Assembly (NCBI GenBank): GCA_001687465.1
Contig: LVLI01000005.1
Span: 62,001-126,000 of the forward strand
Direction of reading: 5' to 3'
Origin: Halocafeteria seosinensis
Lineage: Eukaryota
Length of the DNA: 64,000 nucleotides
Program-made: the position numbers and the translations under genes
Shown: in pieces, positions 22,194 through 34,800 of the stretch
Layout: each line of letters begins with the position of its first letter
Numbering within the stretch: the first letter of the stretch is position 1
Notes under the pieces: model-generated
The model's input: the letters and a program-made list of their open reading frames with translations, nothing else
The model's database searches: none
Told to the model about the DNA's origin: nothing

Positions 22194-25100
22194 ATGGGAG
22201 ACTTAAAGAACAAGAATTCCTCAGGCCCTGAGCACTCCGGGAGGAGTGAACAAGGAACACAGAATACCACGAATGATGTAGCAGTGCATTCTAATGCTGA
22301 TGCAATAGCCTCCACGAACGATACCTCTGCCATCGCGGTACCGAAGTCAGGAGTGAACACACTGACTAAAAGTGCTTCTATGAAAGTCCTCGATGTCAAG
22401 CTTCCCCCTGCTGATAGTGATGAGGAGAAGGAAGATGTAGTTCGTGGCTCACGAATTCAACTGCCACAGAAAGCGAAATCAGATGGAGAAGTTCTAAAGC
22501 TGCACAAAGAGGAAGAACCGACAACAGTTGAGGTAGATAATAACCGCGGTCGGTCGATGTCAGAGTTCCACGTGGACACCTTAGACGAGAATGGTGAGAA
22601 AGTAGAGCCGCAAGAGTTAGAAAAAGATGTGAAAGCGTTAGGCATCCCCAACAACAAATCTTGCTACGAGAATATGCGTCTCAAAATACGGCGGCTTGTG
22701 AAGAAGACTTACAAGCATGTTCTGGTTTCGTCGGGCCTTTACCCCTACGCTCGGCAAGTCAACTATATCATACGGCAGATGATTGAGCACATCTTCGCGG
22801 TCGTTCCACTGACCCTATACTTGAGTTTATTTGTGGTTATTTTCTTCCAAGAGGGAGTGGAGGGAGGAGGGCCAATTGCTGGTGGAGTCATTTCCATGAT
22901 TGGCGGGTTGCTTTTGTTTCTCGAAGGAATTAAAATATCGTGCATGCCGCTCGGCGAGATCGTAGGGAGGAGGCTGCCCGAAAAGTACCCTCTGCCAGTG
23001 TTCTTCATAGTATGCTTTTGCTTAGGGGTATTGACGACTTTTGCGGAGCCTGCCATTGCGGCGCTAACTCCTTTAGGGGCACTGGTGAAGGTTGATGAAT
23101 CACCGTTCCTTTTCCACATTCTGAACGATTGGCAGCAGTTTTTAGTCCTGGCAATAGCTTTGGGCGTGGGAACAGCCACAGGTATCGGGGCTTGGCGAAT
23201 GTTAACCAACAGACCATTGCTTCCGCAGGTTTATATTGTTTTTATCCCTACAATTGTCCTGGCAATGTACATGATGTGGGGAGATGAGGATCTTCGCCCG
23301 GTGATCGGTCTTGCCTGGGACTCTGGAGCAATCACAACAGGTAAGCATCCCTGGGTATTGTAACTAAATCTAAATATTGCTTTGACACTGTTGTTGGATT
23401 CGCCTGCAGGGCCCATTACTGCATCTGCTATTCTGGCTGTTAGCTCTGGTATCGGAGAGACATCTGTCGGCTCAAGTTCGGATGCGTCCGGCAGTCTTGG
23501 CATTGTAACCTTGGCCTCTTTATATCCTATCCTTTACGTTGAGATATTAGCCATTATAATGTCAGTGACAGTTGAAAGAGAATCCATTTTATCATCATCG
23601 TCTGGAAGTGGGGCTGACGATGGTGGAAGCGGCGGTTCTTTCAATGCAGCCCTAATGGATACCATTCAGGCTGCTCTCCCGCTTGTGGGTTTCTTGCTGC
23701 TTGTTTTGAAAGTTATCCTCAGGAAGTCAATCCCCAAAGTTACGTGGGAGGATATTCTGGAGGACAAAGGTGATGCGGCAGAGCAGGCCAAGGCTCAAGG
23801 AGAAGAAAGGTCTCATTTAGCTAAATCCTCTAAAGAGGATCATACAGGACAAACTGGAACTAGCTTTGATGCCGCGGTGGCTGACCTCGCGGGGACGGAT
23901 GAAGCCCTAAACGAAGCCCTCAGAAACCACCCTCTACAGGGGCACCAGTACAGTATCAATTCAGAAGAGGAGGGTGGGTCTTATCTTGTACCGTTTATGG
24001 ATCGTTCTGACAAGAGGCGGTTTCGGACACTTTGGCACGTTTTCCCAACGATGCAGAGACAAGATGTCCATCATTATGCGGATGATGGCAGTGTCATAAC
24101 GGATGTCGATGGCAAGTCGGTCGCCGAATTTAAGAACAAGAATGTTCCACAGCAGCAGTATGACAAATCAGAGAGCAAAGCGCAAAGTCGTCATGAAGAC
24201 CAAAACCATAGCAGGCATGCTCCTCCCCCATGCTCACCGACGCATTCTGGTGAGCACTCGTATGAGTCCCCAACCTGGAACACATTGCCCCCTGCTTCGG
24301 CGGAGGCTGAAACCATTCCCCGATGCGGCCGTTCCGATGGGAAAGTCGTCGAAGCTAACGGTGTTTTCCATGAAGATATAGAGGTAGACGAAGATGACAT
24401 TGTTGGTCACAGTTTCAGTTTTCAGTTGGGGGACCCGGACAAATCTGCTCCCGACAAGGACGCGTCAGACACTTCCAAGAGTTCTCCCGCGGATGAGGAT
24501 AAGGAAAAGGGGAAAATCAGATGCCGGAGATGTAGGCCCATAAACGTTCGAAATTGGTTTAGACGGAATATGTTCTTTCTTGTAGGACTGTGCTTCATCC
24601 CTATCGGCTTGTTGTTTATTAACGTGGGTATACAGTTTGCTCTTACCCCACTGGGTGATCAGGTCGGTAGTAAGATGCCCGCTTTGTTTATGTCTGGAGA
24701 AGGCGTTGAAGAAAACAAAATAATGCCACGAGGGATCGGTTTGGTGATAACAGGCATATATATTTTCCTATTGGGGTTCTTTGCCACGAAAGCGGAACCA
24801 GCTTTGGTAGTTTTGGGGATGACCGTGGAAGAGCTTACAGGCGGAGAGTTTGGTCGCCGGAAACTTCAAAATAGCGTTGCGTTTGGAGTGGGAGTCGGTG
24901 TCACATTGGGATTATTCCAAATAATCTTCGATTGGCCTATTTTATACATTCTCCTTGTCGGCTATGCCATTGCATTGTCACTGTCGTTAGATGCTGGCCA
25001 CTCTGTTCGATGTGCGAGTTGGGATTCAGGGTAAGTTTGCTTTGATGACTTCACACGCAGGTTGCGGTTGCTACTCATCCCCGTGTTCACGTTTTGTTGC

Positions 25101-25286
25101 AGGGGAGTAACTACTGGCCCGGTTACCGTGCCGTTGATTTTGGCAATGGGAATCAGTTTTGGCAATGCTGTGGATGCGGAATCGGGGTTTGGAATCTTGG
25201 CATCTGCGTCTATTTCTCCAATTGTTGCGGTCTTGGTAATGAATAGCGGAAGCAAACTCTTTAAGGCCTACAGAGAGAACTCATAA
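22194..25286 (+). CDS. Multi-pass membrane protein with two DUF1538-like domains
   Basis: Two copies of the signature (P.G...G..L/M, T.AEPA, A/S.DSG..TTGP.T, G.LGI...AS..P). Introns 23341..23409 (ITTG|PIT) and 25031..25102 (DSG|GVTTGP) restore the frame. Confidence 0.8.
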
Positions 25287-25400
25287 GTTGTACGATCGAT
25301 TGCGGCATCCTGTGTACAGGTAACTGAAGCATTGGATGTTTGGAGCAGATAGTCAAATTACTTAGAGTATCAAAAGACTGTTCGTTCCATTTATGCAAGA

Positions 25401-26468
25401 TTAAATGTTCGTGAGGTCATCAGAGTGAAGAGCATGGCTAAATCCTGTAGAGCTGTAGTTGAACGTTGCCATCACTTGCACGGGATCTATTAGGGTGGGC
25501 TCCGCGGAAGAAGAGGTAGCAGGTGAAACCTGAGCTGCAGCGGATATATCGTCTGCTAGAGTAGCAGGAGTTGCAGCACTTGTCTTTTCCGATTTACCTT
25601 TCTTGCTAGTCTTCTGTAGCTCAGGAGGTGCTCCTCCCTGTTCCATCGTCTGCTGCATCCGCTTCTGTTTTGCCCTTTCGACAACCTCGGCGGCCTTATC
25701 TTCATCTTCATAATAGCCTAAATGAATGCGCTTTCCTTGGATGCGTAAGTATGCTTGCCATTTCCTTGCATTACGGTTCCAACTTACACAAGCGTATTTG
25801 GACGTCATTTTCTTTCCTTTTTTGTCTTCAACGCCATCTTGTAACCGCGTCTCCACCACACTCGGTAGCGGAGCATTCGATCGTCGTCGCTTATTTTTGT
25901 ACTGATTGTTCCCTTCCGACGAATTGGCAGCACTGGTACTATTGTCTTCCTGTTTCTTCCGTTTTGTTGAACCCGACCGAAGGTTTTTCTCCTGGTTCCC
26001 TGAAGTTGTAGGGACAGCAGCACTCACCATGCCAGGGGAGAACACATTCGTGTTGTCCATACTGAAGGACGATGGGCCTTCGCTCATACTGGAAAGCATT
26101 CTCAGCGAGGTCGCAAATTCGTCTTGTCCAGGGTTACCATAGTTGGCATTACCCGCATTAGGGCTTCCTTGGAACTGCATTTGAGGAAGCGGAAACATTT
26201 GCGGGAGCATTTCGTACTGGTTCGACTCGTTTGTAGGCGGAGGTCCAGAGTAATCAATAGTGCCGACTGTCGCCGAGCCACCAGTACTTGGAGGGAAAAC
26301 AATCATCGGCGTCATCTGATTCCATCCGGGAATTTGCTGGGTGAGTTGAGCCCATTGCTGAGCTGGAATCGGTTGAGCATGGTACGGGCTCCTGATGGAT
26401 TCATTGGCCACAGTAGACGTTGCTGGAGCTTGAGAGCCACCTTCGTGTTGGTTCTTCCTCCGGCTCAT
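25401..26468 (-). CDS. AP2/ERF-like DNA-binding domain transcription factor
   Basis: TSKYACVSWNRNARKWQAYLRIQGKRIHLGYYEDEDKAA matches the AP2 fold consensus. Flanked by Q/P/S-rich regions and basic NLSs (KRKK, KNKRRR). An acceptor-like site just before ATG 26468 suggests a possible upstream exon. Confidence 0.8.
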   Translation of the reverse strand: MSRRKNQHEGGSQAPATSTVANESIRSPYHAQPIPAQQWAQLTQQIPGWNQMTPMIVFPPSTGGSATVGTIDYSGPPPTNESNQYEMLPQMFPLPQMQFQGSPNAGNANYGNPGQDEFATSLRMLSSMSEGPSSFSMDNTNVFSPGMVSAAVPTTSGNQEKNLRSGSTKRKKQEDNSTSAANSSEGNNQYKNKRRRSNAPLPSVVETRLQDGVEDKKGKKMTSKYACVSWNRNARKWQAYLRIQGKRIHLGYYEDEDKAAEVVERAKQKRMQQTMEQGGAPPELQKTSKKGKSEKTSAATPATLADDISAAAQVSPATSSSAEPTLIDPVQVMATFNYSSTGFSHALHSDDLTNI

Positions 26469-27234
26469 TTTGGAGTCTGCAAATAAGATGAAAACACTTT
26501 GTCTAACTCCGGGTTTGCAAGTTGAAGGGCTTCCGGACGTTAGGAACCCCGCCACGCTTTGTACACCGCAGGGAGCAACAAAACTATTGCATCCTTAGGA
26601 ACGATACTATTCACTTGAACATGTATCTTGCATGTAATGAACAGTAGCTTTTTGCGACCTAGGTCAGGGCCTTATCACGTCCGCCTCAGACGTCCATCAG
26701 CTCATCTCTTTTGTCCCCTTTGAAATCCCCTCTGTCATTTCCCCACATGCATGCTCCAGAGGCATGTCGCTCAACTGACATTGTTTCATCAATCCTCGCA
26801 ACTTCATCCACTTGCCCCTTTCCTTTGAAAAGAACTTCCAAGAAAGAGAAACCACACTCTCTTCCCATGCCAGGTCGTACGAAAATGAACGCAAGGCAAA
26901 AGGTAGCAAATATAGGATGTGTGCGAACTCACGTGTTGCGATTGAGCAGCCCCTCTCTGTCTTTTTTCCACACACACAACCTCAAGCTCACGTTATGAGC
27001 CAAGGTATCCGGCCAAACACACAAAACCTCTAAAATAAACGTATCAAATCACGTTAGGAAGCTACAAAGCAGTCTTGTTTGTCATGAATAAAACTCAGTA
27101 GCCTGCGACCGAACGGTGGAAACAAACTGTCCATTTTCCGCACCCGGATGTGGAGACTCTTCCGCTAACATCCAGCTGCCGGTGGGCCATCAGTCACATC
27201 TTCGTCGACGTGAACACGTTGCATTTTCATTCGT

Positions 27235-27486
27235 GATCCCCAAACTACATCTCTGCTTAGCCGGTAGGCCATAAATAATACACACTACGGGCCAATCACT
27301 AAGTGCTATTCATCCCAAGGACTGCAACATAGCGTACTATCTTGACCCTAAAGCAGGCGTTGTAACTTTTGTACAAGTAGTGAAATGGACACAGGGTTGG
27401 ACTCGGAAGCCCGGGAAGATACGACGGCGTGAAGATCCCCCAACCACATTCCACTTAGCCGGTAGGCCATAAATAATATACACTAC
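27235..27486. repeat. Imperfect direct repeat pair (~53 bp, 33-bp near-perfect core), ~198-bp period
   Basis: cttagccggtaggccataaataata(c/t)acactac at 27256..27288 and 27454..27486, with weaker similarity extending upstream. Confidence 0.85.
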
Positions 27487-28050
27487 TACTCCCAGGTTAT
27501 TTGCGAAGGAAGTTGTCTACACGTGTACTTCTGCATCCAAGAGTCTGAAGAATCTCATTAGTAAGTGGACCCACCACTGGCTTGACACGGGTGAGTACTG
27601 CTCCTCGTCAAGAGGATGCTGCCATCTTTCTGGCTGGTGGGCTATCTGTCGTGTTAGGGTTTGTTTGAATAGCTGGTTAGACGTTTAGTTATACGGCTCA
27701 CAACGGGTGTAACTCCTATCGGAGGAAGTCTAGTCTATACGATACATTACAGTTGGTCCTGAGGAGTGTACTCTACCACACACAAATGTGACAGATAGCC
27801 CTCTACCAGGAATCGCTCCAGCATCCTCAATGCTGAAGCAGTGCTGAAGGTACTGGTATACTCGACCGTCACTCACCCTATCACCTCTTGCCATTCCCGT
27901 ACACCATACTACCATATGGTACATTCAGACCACTGCAAGTAGAGAGCCGCATCTCAAAGTACATAAAGCATGTTTTACTTGGAATTGTTATATTTGTCTC
28001 TTTTGCGAGCATTCAAGCGCTAGCAAATCAAAGGCTGAGTACCAGTCATC

Positions 28051-28116
28051 TACCCCTGGGGGTAACTCCAAACTAGGTTACCCGTAGGGGTACTTTCAAA
28101 TCTACCTCTAGGGGTA
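28051..28116. repeat. Three copies of a 14-bp palindrome, consensus TACCCCTAGGGGTA
   Basis: tacccctgggggta 28051..28064, tacccgtaggggta 28079..28092, tacctctaggggta 28103..28116. Confidence 0.8.
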
Positions 28117-28445
28117 ACTCAAATCTGTCCCCAGGAACTACCCCGAATTTCAGTCGGAACATTGAAAGAAATACTAAATATGGTTAAAGAATGTTTAGAA
28201 GAATTAGAATATTGTCCGATCAAGACGTGATGATCTCGAATCTTTTTTTATTCAATTTATTGGAACTGATTTGATACGTAATCAAATATTTAATCTTTTC
28301 ATGTTCTCCTCGTTTAGAAACTCTAATTAATTCAGCTCCCTTTTCAGCAAAATATTTAACAGAAATCTGTGCATCCATTCCGGAGCAGCGCTAGCTTGCT
28401 GCATAACGAAGCACAAATGGAAGCAGGGCTAACTTGCTCATCAGA

Positions 28446-28560
28446 GATGCAGGGGGCAATCCACACTTCATATTACACCTTTAAGAGATTTACGATGGAA
28501 CGATCGTACGGATGCAGGGCGCAATGCACACTTCATATTACACTTTTGGAACGGTCGTAC
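28446..28560. repeat. Imperfect tandem duplication (~64-bp and ~50-bp copies)
   Basis: gatgcaggg(g/c)gcaat(c/g)cacacttcatattacac...tggaacg(a/g)tcgtac occurs twice; the second copy has an internal deletion. Confidence 0.85.
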
Positions 28561-28590
28561 CGGGGTAGTCTAGCACGGTAAAACCGCACG

Positions 28591-28691
28591 CCGAGGTCAA
28601 ACACTCCAGGTAGATGGTGATAATGTTTGTGTGGCCATGTTCCACCACCGAGGTCAAACACTCCAGGTAGATGGTGATAATGTTCGTGTGG
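28591..28691. repeat. 44-bp direct repeat x2 with a 13-bp spacer
   Basis: ccgaggtcaaacactccaggtagatggtgataatgtt(t/c)gtgtgg at 28591..28634 and 28648..28691. Confidence 0.9.
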
Positions 28692-28827
28692 GTGTGTACA
28701 ATTCTTATATTCTTAAAGCGCTAACCATTTCGAATCCAAAGATATATAGTACACCACTTACACTTAGTACTGACCGTGACATCTTTCAGTATATGCCCCG
28801 TGTTCGCCGTCAAAAGCGAACTAGCAG

Positions 28828-31800
28828 CTACGGCGGGCATGGGGGCGAAGGGAAAAATGACCCAGGCTCGATAAAAAACTCGCTCATTCCCTCAGAGTTT
28901 TCAGCTGCCACTCTCACGTAGTATCGCTCTTGAGCCAGATTTTCAACTACCTTCTGTAGCTGTCCGTTGGTTTCAGCATCAATATGAAATTTCATCACAT
29001 TAGAGCTGAAATCAGGTGCTACACTAATGTGAACCTCGTAGCGGATGATTTTGACTCCTCCATCCGCTTGTTCATCCCTACCCATATTAACAGAACAAGA
29101 TCCTGGAACCTCCTCAGTTCCTGAACATGGGATTCCGTGACGCGGTATCAATGGTGGATGTGTGATTACTTTCAAACTCCCCCCACATCCAACATTAGCC
29201 GTGCCGTTCAGCACTGTAACATCAACGGGCCTACCGGGCCTTTGCTTGGCCAAAATAAGAGTTTCCGAGGCATCGGAATACATTCCGAAGCCGATACTGT
29301 TCGAAGCGCTCACCCTTACAAAATATTGCTGTCCTGCACTCAAATTTTCTATTGTATATGACTGAGAGGAGGCTCCCTCGACAGCAGTTACTTCGGCTAT
29401 ACCCTTGTGGGGAAGTCCTCCAAACCCTTCGAATTCTTCATCAGTGTCCCATTCTACCTGAAAGGAAACAATCTTGTCACCTCCCGTATTAGAGGGGGAT
29501 GAAAATCCTACAGTGATTTTCGACTGAGAAGTAACCCCTGCTTTGACGGAAAGCGGAGCTTTCGGTAGAGTGATAGGAGCAAGTTTTGAGGGTGTGGATA
29601 CTTGGCACTTTCCAAACCCAACAGAATTTCTGGCACAAACTCGTATCCAGTAGTCAGTACCTTGAGCCAAACCCGACAGAACTACACTAAACGGGCCCCC
29701 ATCGATAATATTGAAAAAGCTGTTCGAGAGGACAGAATGAAATTCCGAAGTCAAAGAATAGTCAACGCGGTACTCCACAATCACACTCCCCCCATTGTCG
29801 AGGGGCGCACTCCAGCTCACCCGTAGCTGAGATCCAGAGACCACTCTTACAGATACTGCGGTAGGCAGCCCCGGAGTTCTGGTAGGGGCAAGGGAGTCCT
29901 TGCCATCATCGGTTGTAGCTCCTTGGGGATTTCCATATCCGATTTTGTTGTAGGCAGTGACTCTTACGAAATAGGGGATACCCTGGACGAGGGAGGTTAA
30001 GGTATGGCCTTCCATGCAATTAAGCAGGTCAGGGTTTTCTCCCTGTTGCTCCTGGAAAATAATGACCGATGCGTTCGTTCCCGAGGATGTGGTAATCAAA
30101 TTCTTCGCCACCCGCATGTTCCAAGCGTCCCCACCATCTAAAAAGGTAACCCTCCAAGTGAATTCTCCTTCGTCAGTGCCGTCCACCCTCGTCACGTGCA
30201 CTGAATTTATAAAGTTGATATTTTCCAGATGACTTTGCATTGAGCCCGGGAACTCATTTGAAAGTGAGCTACACAATGGTTCTGCTGTGTCACAGAAAAC
30301 GTCGCTGACATTATACGCTGAGGCTTCCAATTCTTGTGTCCTGGACGCAACAGCTAAACTGGATATATCGAACGTTTCTTGTTGTTGGGAGCCCTTTTCC
30401 ACAACTAGCGCAAATGCTCCTCCGTCTATTGTGCCAGTCGAAGCAGAGGTGCGAATTGTCCATATCGCGTTCTCGGCATAGTTGGGACACTTGACAAACT
30501 GTCGGAGTGTCTTCGAAGCTTCGAACATAGCCACTGTACTCCATTCTACACGGAAACCTAATATATCCGTGCCCCCGTTCCATTTTGGAGTCACCCAGTC
30601 GACTTGCAGCGACGTTCCGGAGTTATTTACGGTGCTCATCGTCACGTTAAGAGGGGAGGCTGGTACAGCAAGTGGAAGGTGCACAATGCTGCTATCCACG
30701 CAGTAGTCAGCAGATGTCTCAGCACATTCTGCTATTTCGGACCGTCCGATGCCCCTCTCGTTTTCAGCTGAAACACGGACAGCGTATGAAACTCCGCGTT
30801 CAAACACATTTTCCAGACGACGGGAAGTCGTAGTTGAGTCGAGACGAACAGATGAGAAATCTAGAGGGGCCTCGTGAGGTACACAGCGACGACAGACAAG
30901 TGTACCGAACTGCATTTCGTTAGACGGATCTTCAAATATGTCGTGGTTGCCGTCGAGGGCGGTAGCCGACCCTGAAAGGTACGTGGTGTCAACAGAGAGT
31001 TCCCCGACTGGGAGTCCCGCAGGCAGGAAGTCAATCTCCCATGCAGTGCCCTCGCTGACTGCAGTGCTGGTAACTAATACCTCCCTAACGGATGTGAGAA
31101 AGGCTAATGTTTCTTGTAATACGGTTTGTGACACGTTGTGTGGCATGAAGGCTCCAAACTCGCTTCCTCCAACAGCAAGTCGGAACCATCCTTCCCCTAG
31201 AATGCGAAGATATTTTCTCTCAACCATCCCTTGTTTCCGAGTGCCCCGAGCTACATACGTCTGCTTAACAATGATACAATCTTGTCCTTGTCCATTACAG
31301 TTGCTTTCCGAAACCGAGGACTGATCAATCTTAGCTGCCGCCACCGGGGGATTCGTGCCCGCGTTACTAGTACCATCGAACCTTATAGTCCACTTGATAC
31401 CCGTGGATATTACCTCCGTGGAAACAGATATTTCCCCTGTACCTAAATACATCAAACCCTTTCTAATCGTTTCAGCAGTGGAGCCAACCTTTATTTTCAC
31501 GGATAGCTCGGAACTCTTAGCAAAACGGATCAGTACCTCAGCATCCAAATCCAGATCGTTAAATCCCAACGAAGACAAAATAGACACTTCTTGGACTTCA
31601 TGGCGATCCTGTACCTTCCACCATTCTACTCTATAGCCAGTAAGTGCCGAGCCACCGACATTCTCTGGAGCCAACCACTGCACTTCACCACTCTCCAAAT
31701 CACTATGTGAATCGGTGGTTGTAGAAATTGCCAAATCTTTCACCACACCGGGAACAGCCGTAGGTATGACAAATTCGTCGGCTTCTTGGAAGGGGCTCGC

Positions 31801-34800
31801 TCCGAACGATGTCCATGCTCGTATGCGTGTGTAGACTTTTTCTCCAAGGGGTAAGCTGCATAGATTCAAGATCAGCTGTCCTCCTGCTCCCAGTGTAGGC
31901 AAGTCCGTTACATTACCCGATACTACTAATGAGGAGAACTGTACATCAGAAGCAAGCTGATATTCATACCAAAGTTGGCCCGTACTTCCAGTTCTTCTCG
32001 GAGCATCAAACAAAATTTGAACGCAAGACTCCCTCGAGACTTGGCTCGTAACCGATCTTGGCGCCGAAGGAGGGACCTCTTTGGTTACAGTTGATGGAGG
32101 CATTGAGAACGTCCACCGGCGGTTGGTAACTATTTGGCTACTGTTAGACACCCAGAGGGAATTGTCATCAAAGCTAACCGTGTTTTCAGCACTGACTCTG
32201 ACAAATATTTCCGTCCCATTTTGGATGCCCTCACCTTCATACGGAGAGGCTCCGGGAGAACTAATCCGGCTTATTAAGAAGGTCAAATCTGACCCAGGTA
32301 ATATGTTCTCAGCCGAGAGCGAATTAGATGAAAATTCCGATGTTGTGTCCCATTCTACGCGATAGTTTGTCAAAGAGGAGCCGCCATTTGTTGGTGGTGG
32401 CATCCAAGAGACCAGCACTGCTGACGACGAAAATGGCTCTATGTGCACCGATAGAGGACCATCTGCGATGCCACGAGGAACAGCTTGAATTGTCGAGCTC
32501 CATTCCCCGATTCCTAGTGTATTTTCTGCAGCCACTCTGGAGAAGTATTCTCGCCCAGGCGTTAGATCGCGTATGTGAAAGCAGGAAGCACATGCTTCGG
32601 AAGTTACGCGAACTATTGCCCCACTCAAAGACTCCCCAACGTTAAACCTAAACGCCCTGAATTGAATTGAAGCTTGTCCGGAATATCCAATAACGTCCAC
32701 AGCCCATGTTGGAGCTCCTTCTGGACTATAGAATAGCTCATGTCGGTCTGAGGTATCACCGGTAAAAATTGTAGGCGCATTGTGATCACTTGCTAGTCCA
32801 AGGGAAATGGCAGGAAACTCAAACGAACGCACGCGAAACTGGATACCATCTACTTGAATGAGAAGGCCTTCTGGAACATCGAACGTGAGGTCTCCCCTCA
32901 GATACACAATCGAGTCACCATGAGTTGCATTGACCACCACGTTAGCAGCTGGGACGAAAGTTTGTTGCTTAGTGACGTGTACTACATCGATTCCATCCAA
33001 TGACTCCAACGACATTCTTACTTCCTCTTCGGAGGAGTTGCATGATATGCTAACGGTGTCTGTCTCGGTAAGCCCAACGTCCACGCTACAATTATACACC
33101 CTGGAGAAAGGGGAGGCCTCCACTCGCACCAACTGGGTCATAAGCAGTGAATTAACATTGACTACCATTGCACCTCGGTTGGCCGAGACGAGGGAAGGTG
33201 TAGTATCCCACTCTATCACATAGCTAGCAATATTGCTCCCACCATCCCGTGGGGGCACATTGAAGCTTCCACTAAGTGCATTCTCCGTTTCTTCAATTGC
33301 TGTTTGGACAGTTCTCACAATCCCAGTGGCCCGCAAACCGCGCAACTCGGTGGTATCTATATTCAACTGTCTAATGTTGAGGTTCTCAAACGTTATCCTC
33401 CACGTAGTCTCACCTGTAGACTTCCAGTGCGTACTCGATACGAGTACACTACCGGTATCTAGCTCATCTTCTAGAGCATTTGCCATGTCGGTATCAGACG
33501 CCTGGTGGCTCAACAGCGAGGTGATGCGGTCTCCCAAACTCAATGAAAAGTAACCAGTGAGTTTGGACCCTCGTTGTTTCGTGGTAACGGACATTGCAGC
33601 GCCAGCACCTTCCAGAGAAGACACTGTAGACAGCTGTAAATCCTCACCTGTACCTGGAGGGAATGTTACAGTCCAGTTGTAACCTCCAACCTGGTTTGGT
33701 CCTACTCTGTCGACAAGTATATTCTCCATTCCAGTAACTCTGATAAGCTCCGTCTGTAGCAGGAGCGCAGACGAGTCGGGTGCCAACGAAACAGTACTCA
33801 CTTGAGAGTTGCTTAAGTGGTCCTTGACCCTGAGAAAGAAATGGCCTCCTATAAAATTTCTCCTAACAGACCGCTCAGCTGAGCACCTTCCATTATTTAG
33901 TAGATCGTCCGAACAGGTCATTTCTGCGCTTGACTTTCCAACGACATCGAGCAGGGTAATTGTCCAATCCACGCTTCCACTTGATGACCTCACTGTCGTG
34001 GATACATCCACATCATTGATTCCGTCCAACTGTAGAAGTGATTTCCGTATCACATCACTGGTAGAATTGGAGGCAATCGACACGTTACTTCCGCTGAGCA
34101 CTACCAAGACGCTACCTGAGACACCGCCTGTTGAAAGTGCTTCGATTTGGAGATGGAACACTTCAGGAATAAATAGTGCATCCGTGCTTACAACTTGAAT
34201 AGAGGGAAGCATCGCTACTCCAAGGGAAATCTCTTGGATACCATAGACACGATTTACATGCTTGAGTCGATACTCCAGAGGTGCCGAGGGCTTTCCAAAC
34301 ACAATAATGCTGGCGGGATTAGACCAGTTGCCCTCGCCGACTTCGTTGCCAGCCCTTACTCTAGTGTAGTATCTTGTGCCTCCAACTACATCTTGGACTC
34401 GACTATGCATAGGCAGAAGAGACTCCTCCACATTGTCATGGATGTCCAGAGAAGCATTGGTCGGAGTAAGGTCGACATCCACTGGGTCAAGTTTGTTTTG
34501 GTTGCCCAAGTGAGACTGAAACTTCACTGTGTAACCGAAGCCATTAACAACGAATGCTTCATAGGTGCCTGATGGCAGGGCAACTTCCTCGGTGAGAATA
34601 AGCGTTGAACTGGTGACCAGTGGCCTTTCCATGACAGCATGTTCAACCGAAGTAGTCACTTCGTTTCCAGTTTCACAATCCACAACTGTAACATTGAACT
34701 GTTCGGACAAGAAAGTCAAACGATGCCAAAGGATATCATCCTCTTTAATTATAGTAACGACTATATCTGAATCATTGATAACACTAGAGATCTTCTCCTC

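Noticed and set aside
27490..28050. Possible transposon or retroelement coding remnant
   Set aside because: No transposase, RT or integrase motif recognisable in the frames examined.
28591..28691. CRISPR-like repeat-spacer-repeat
   Set aside because: Only two 44-bp repeats with a 13-bp spacer, eukaryotic context and no cas genes.
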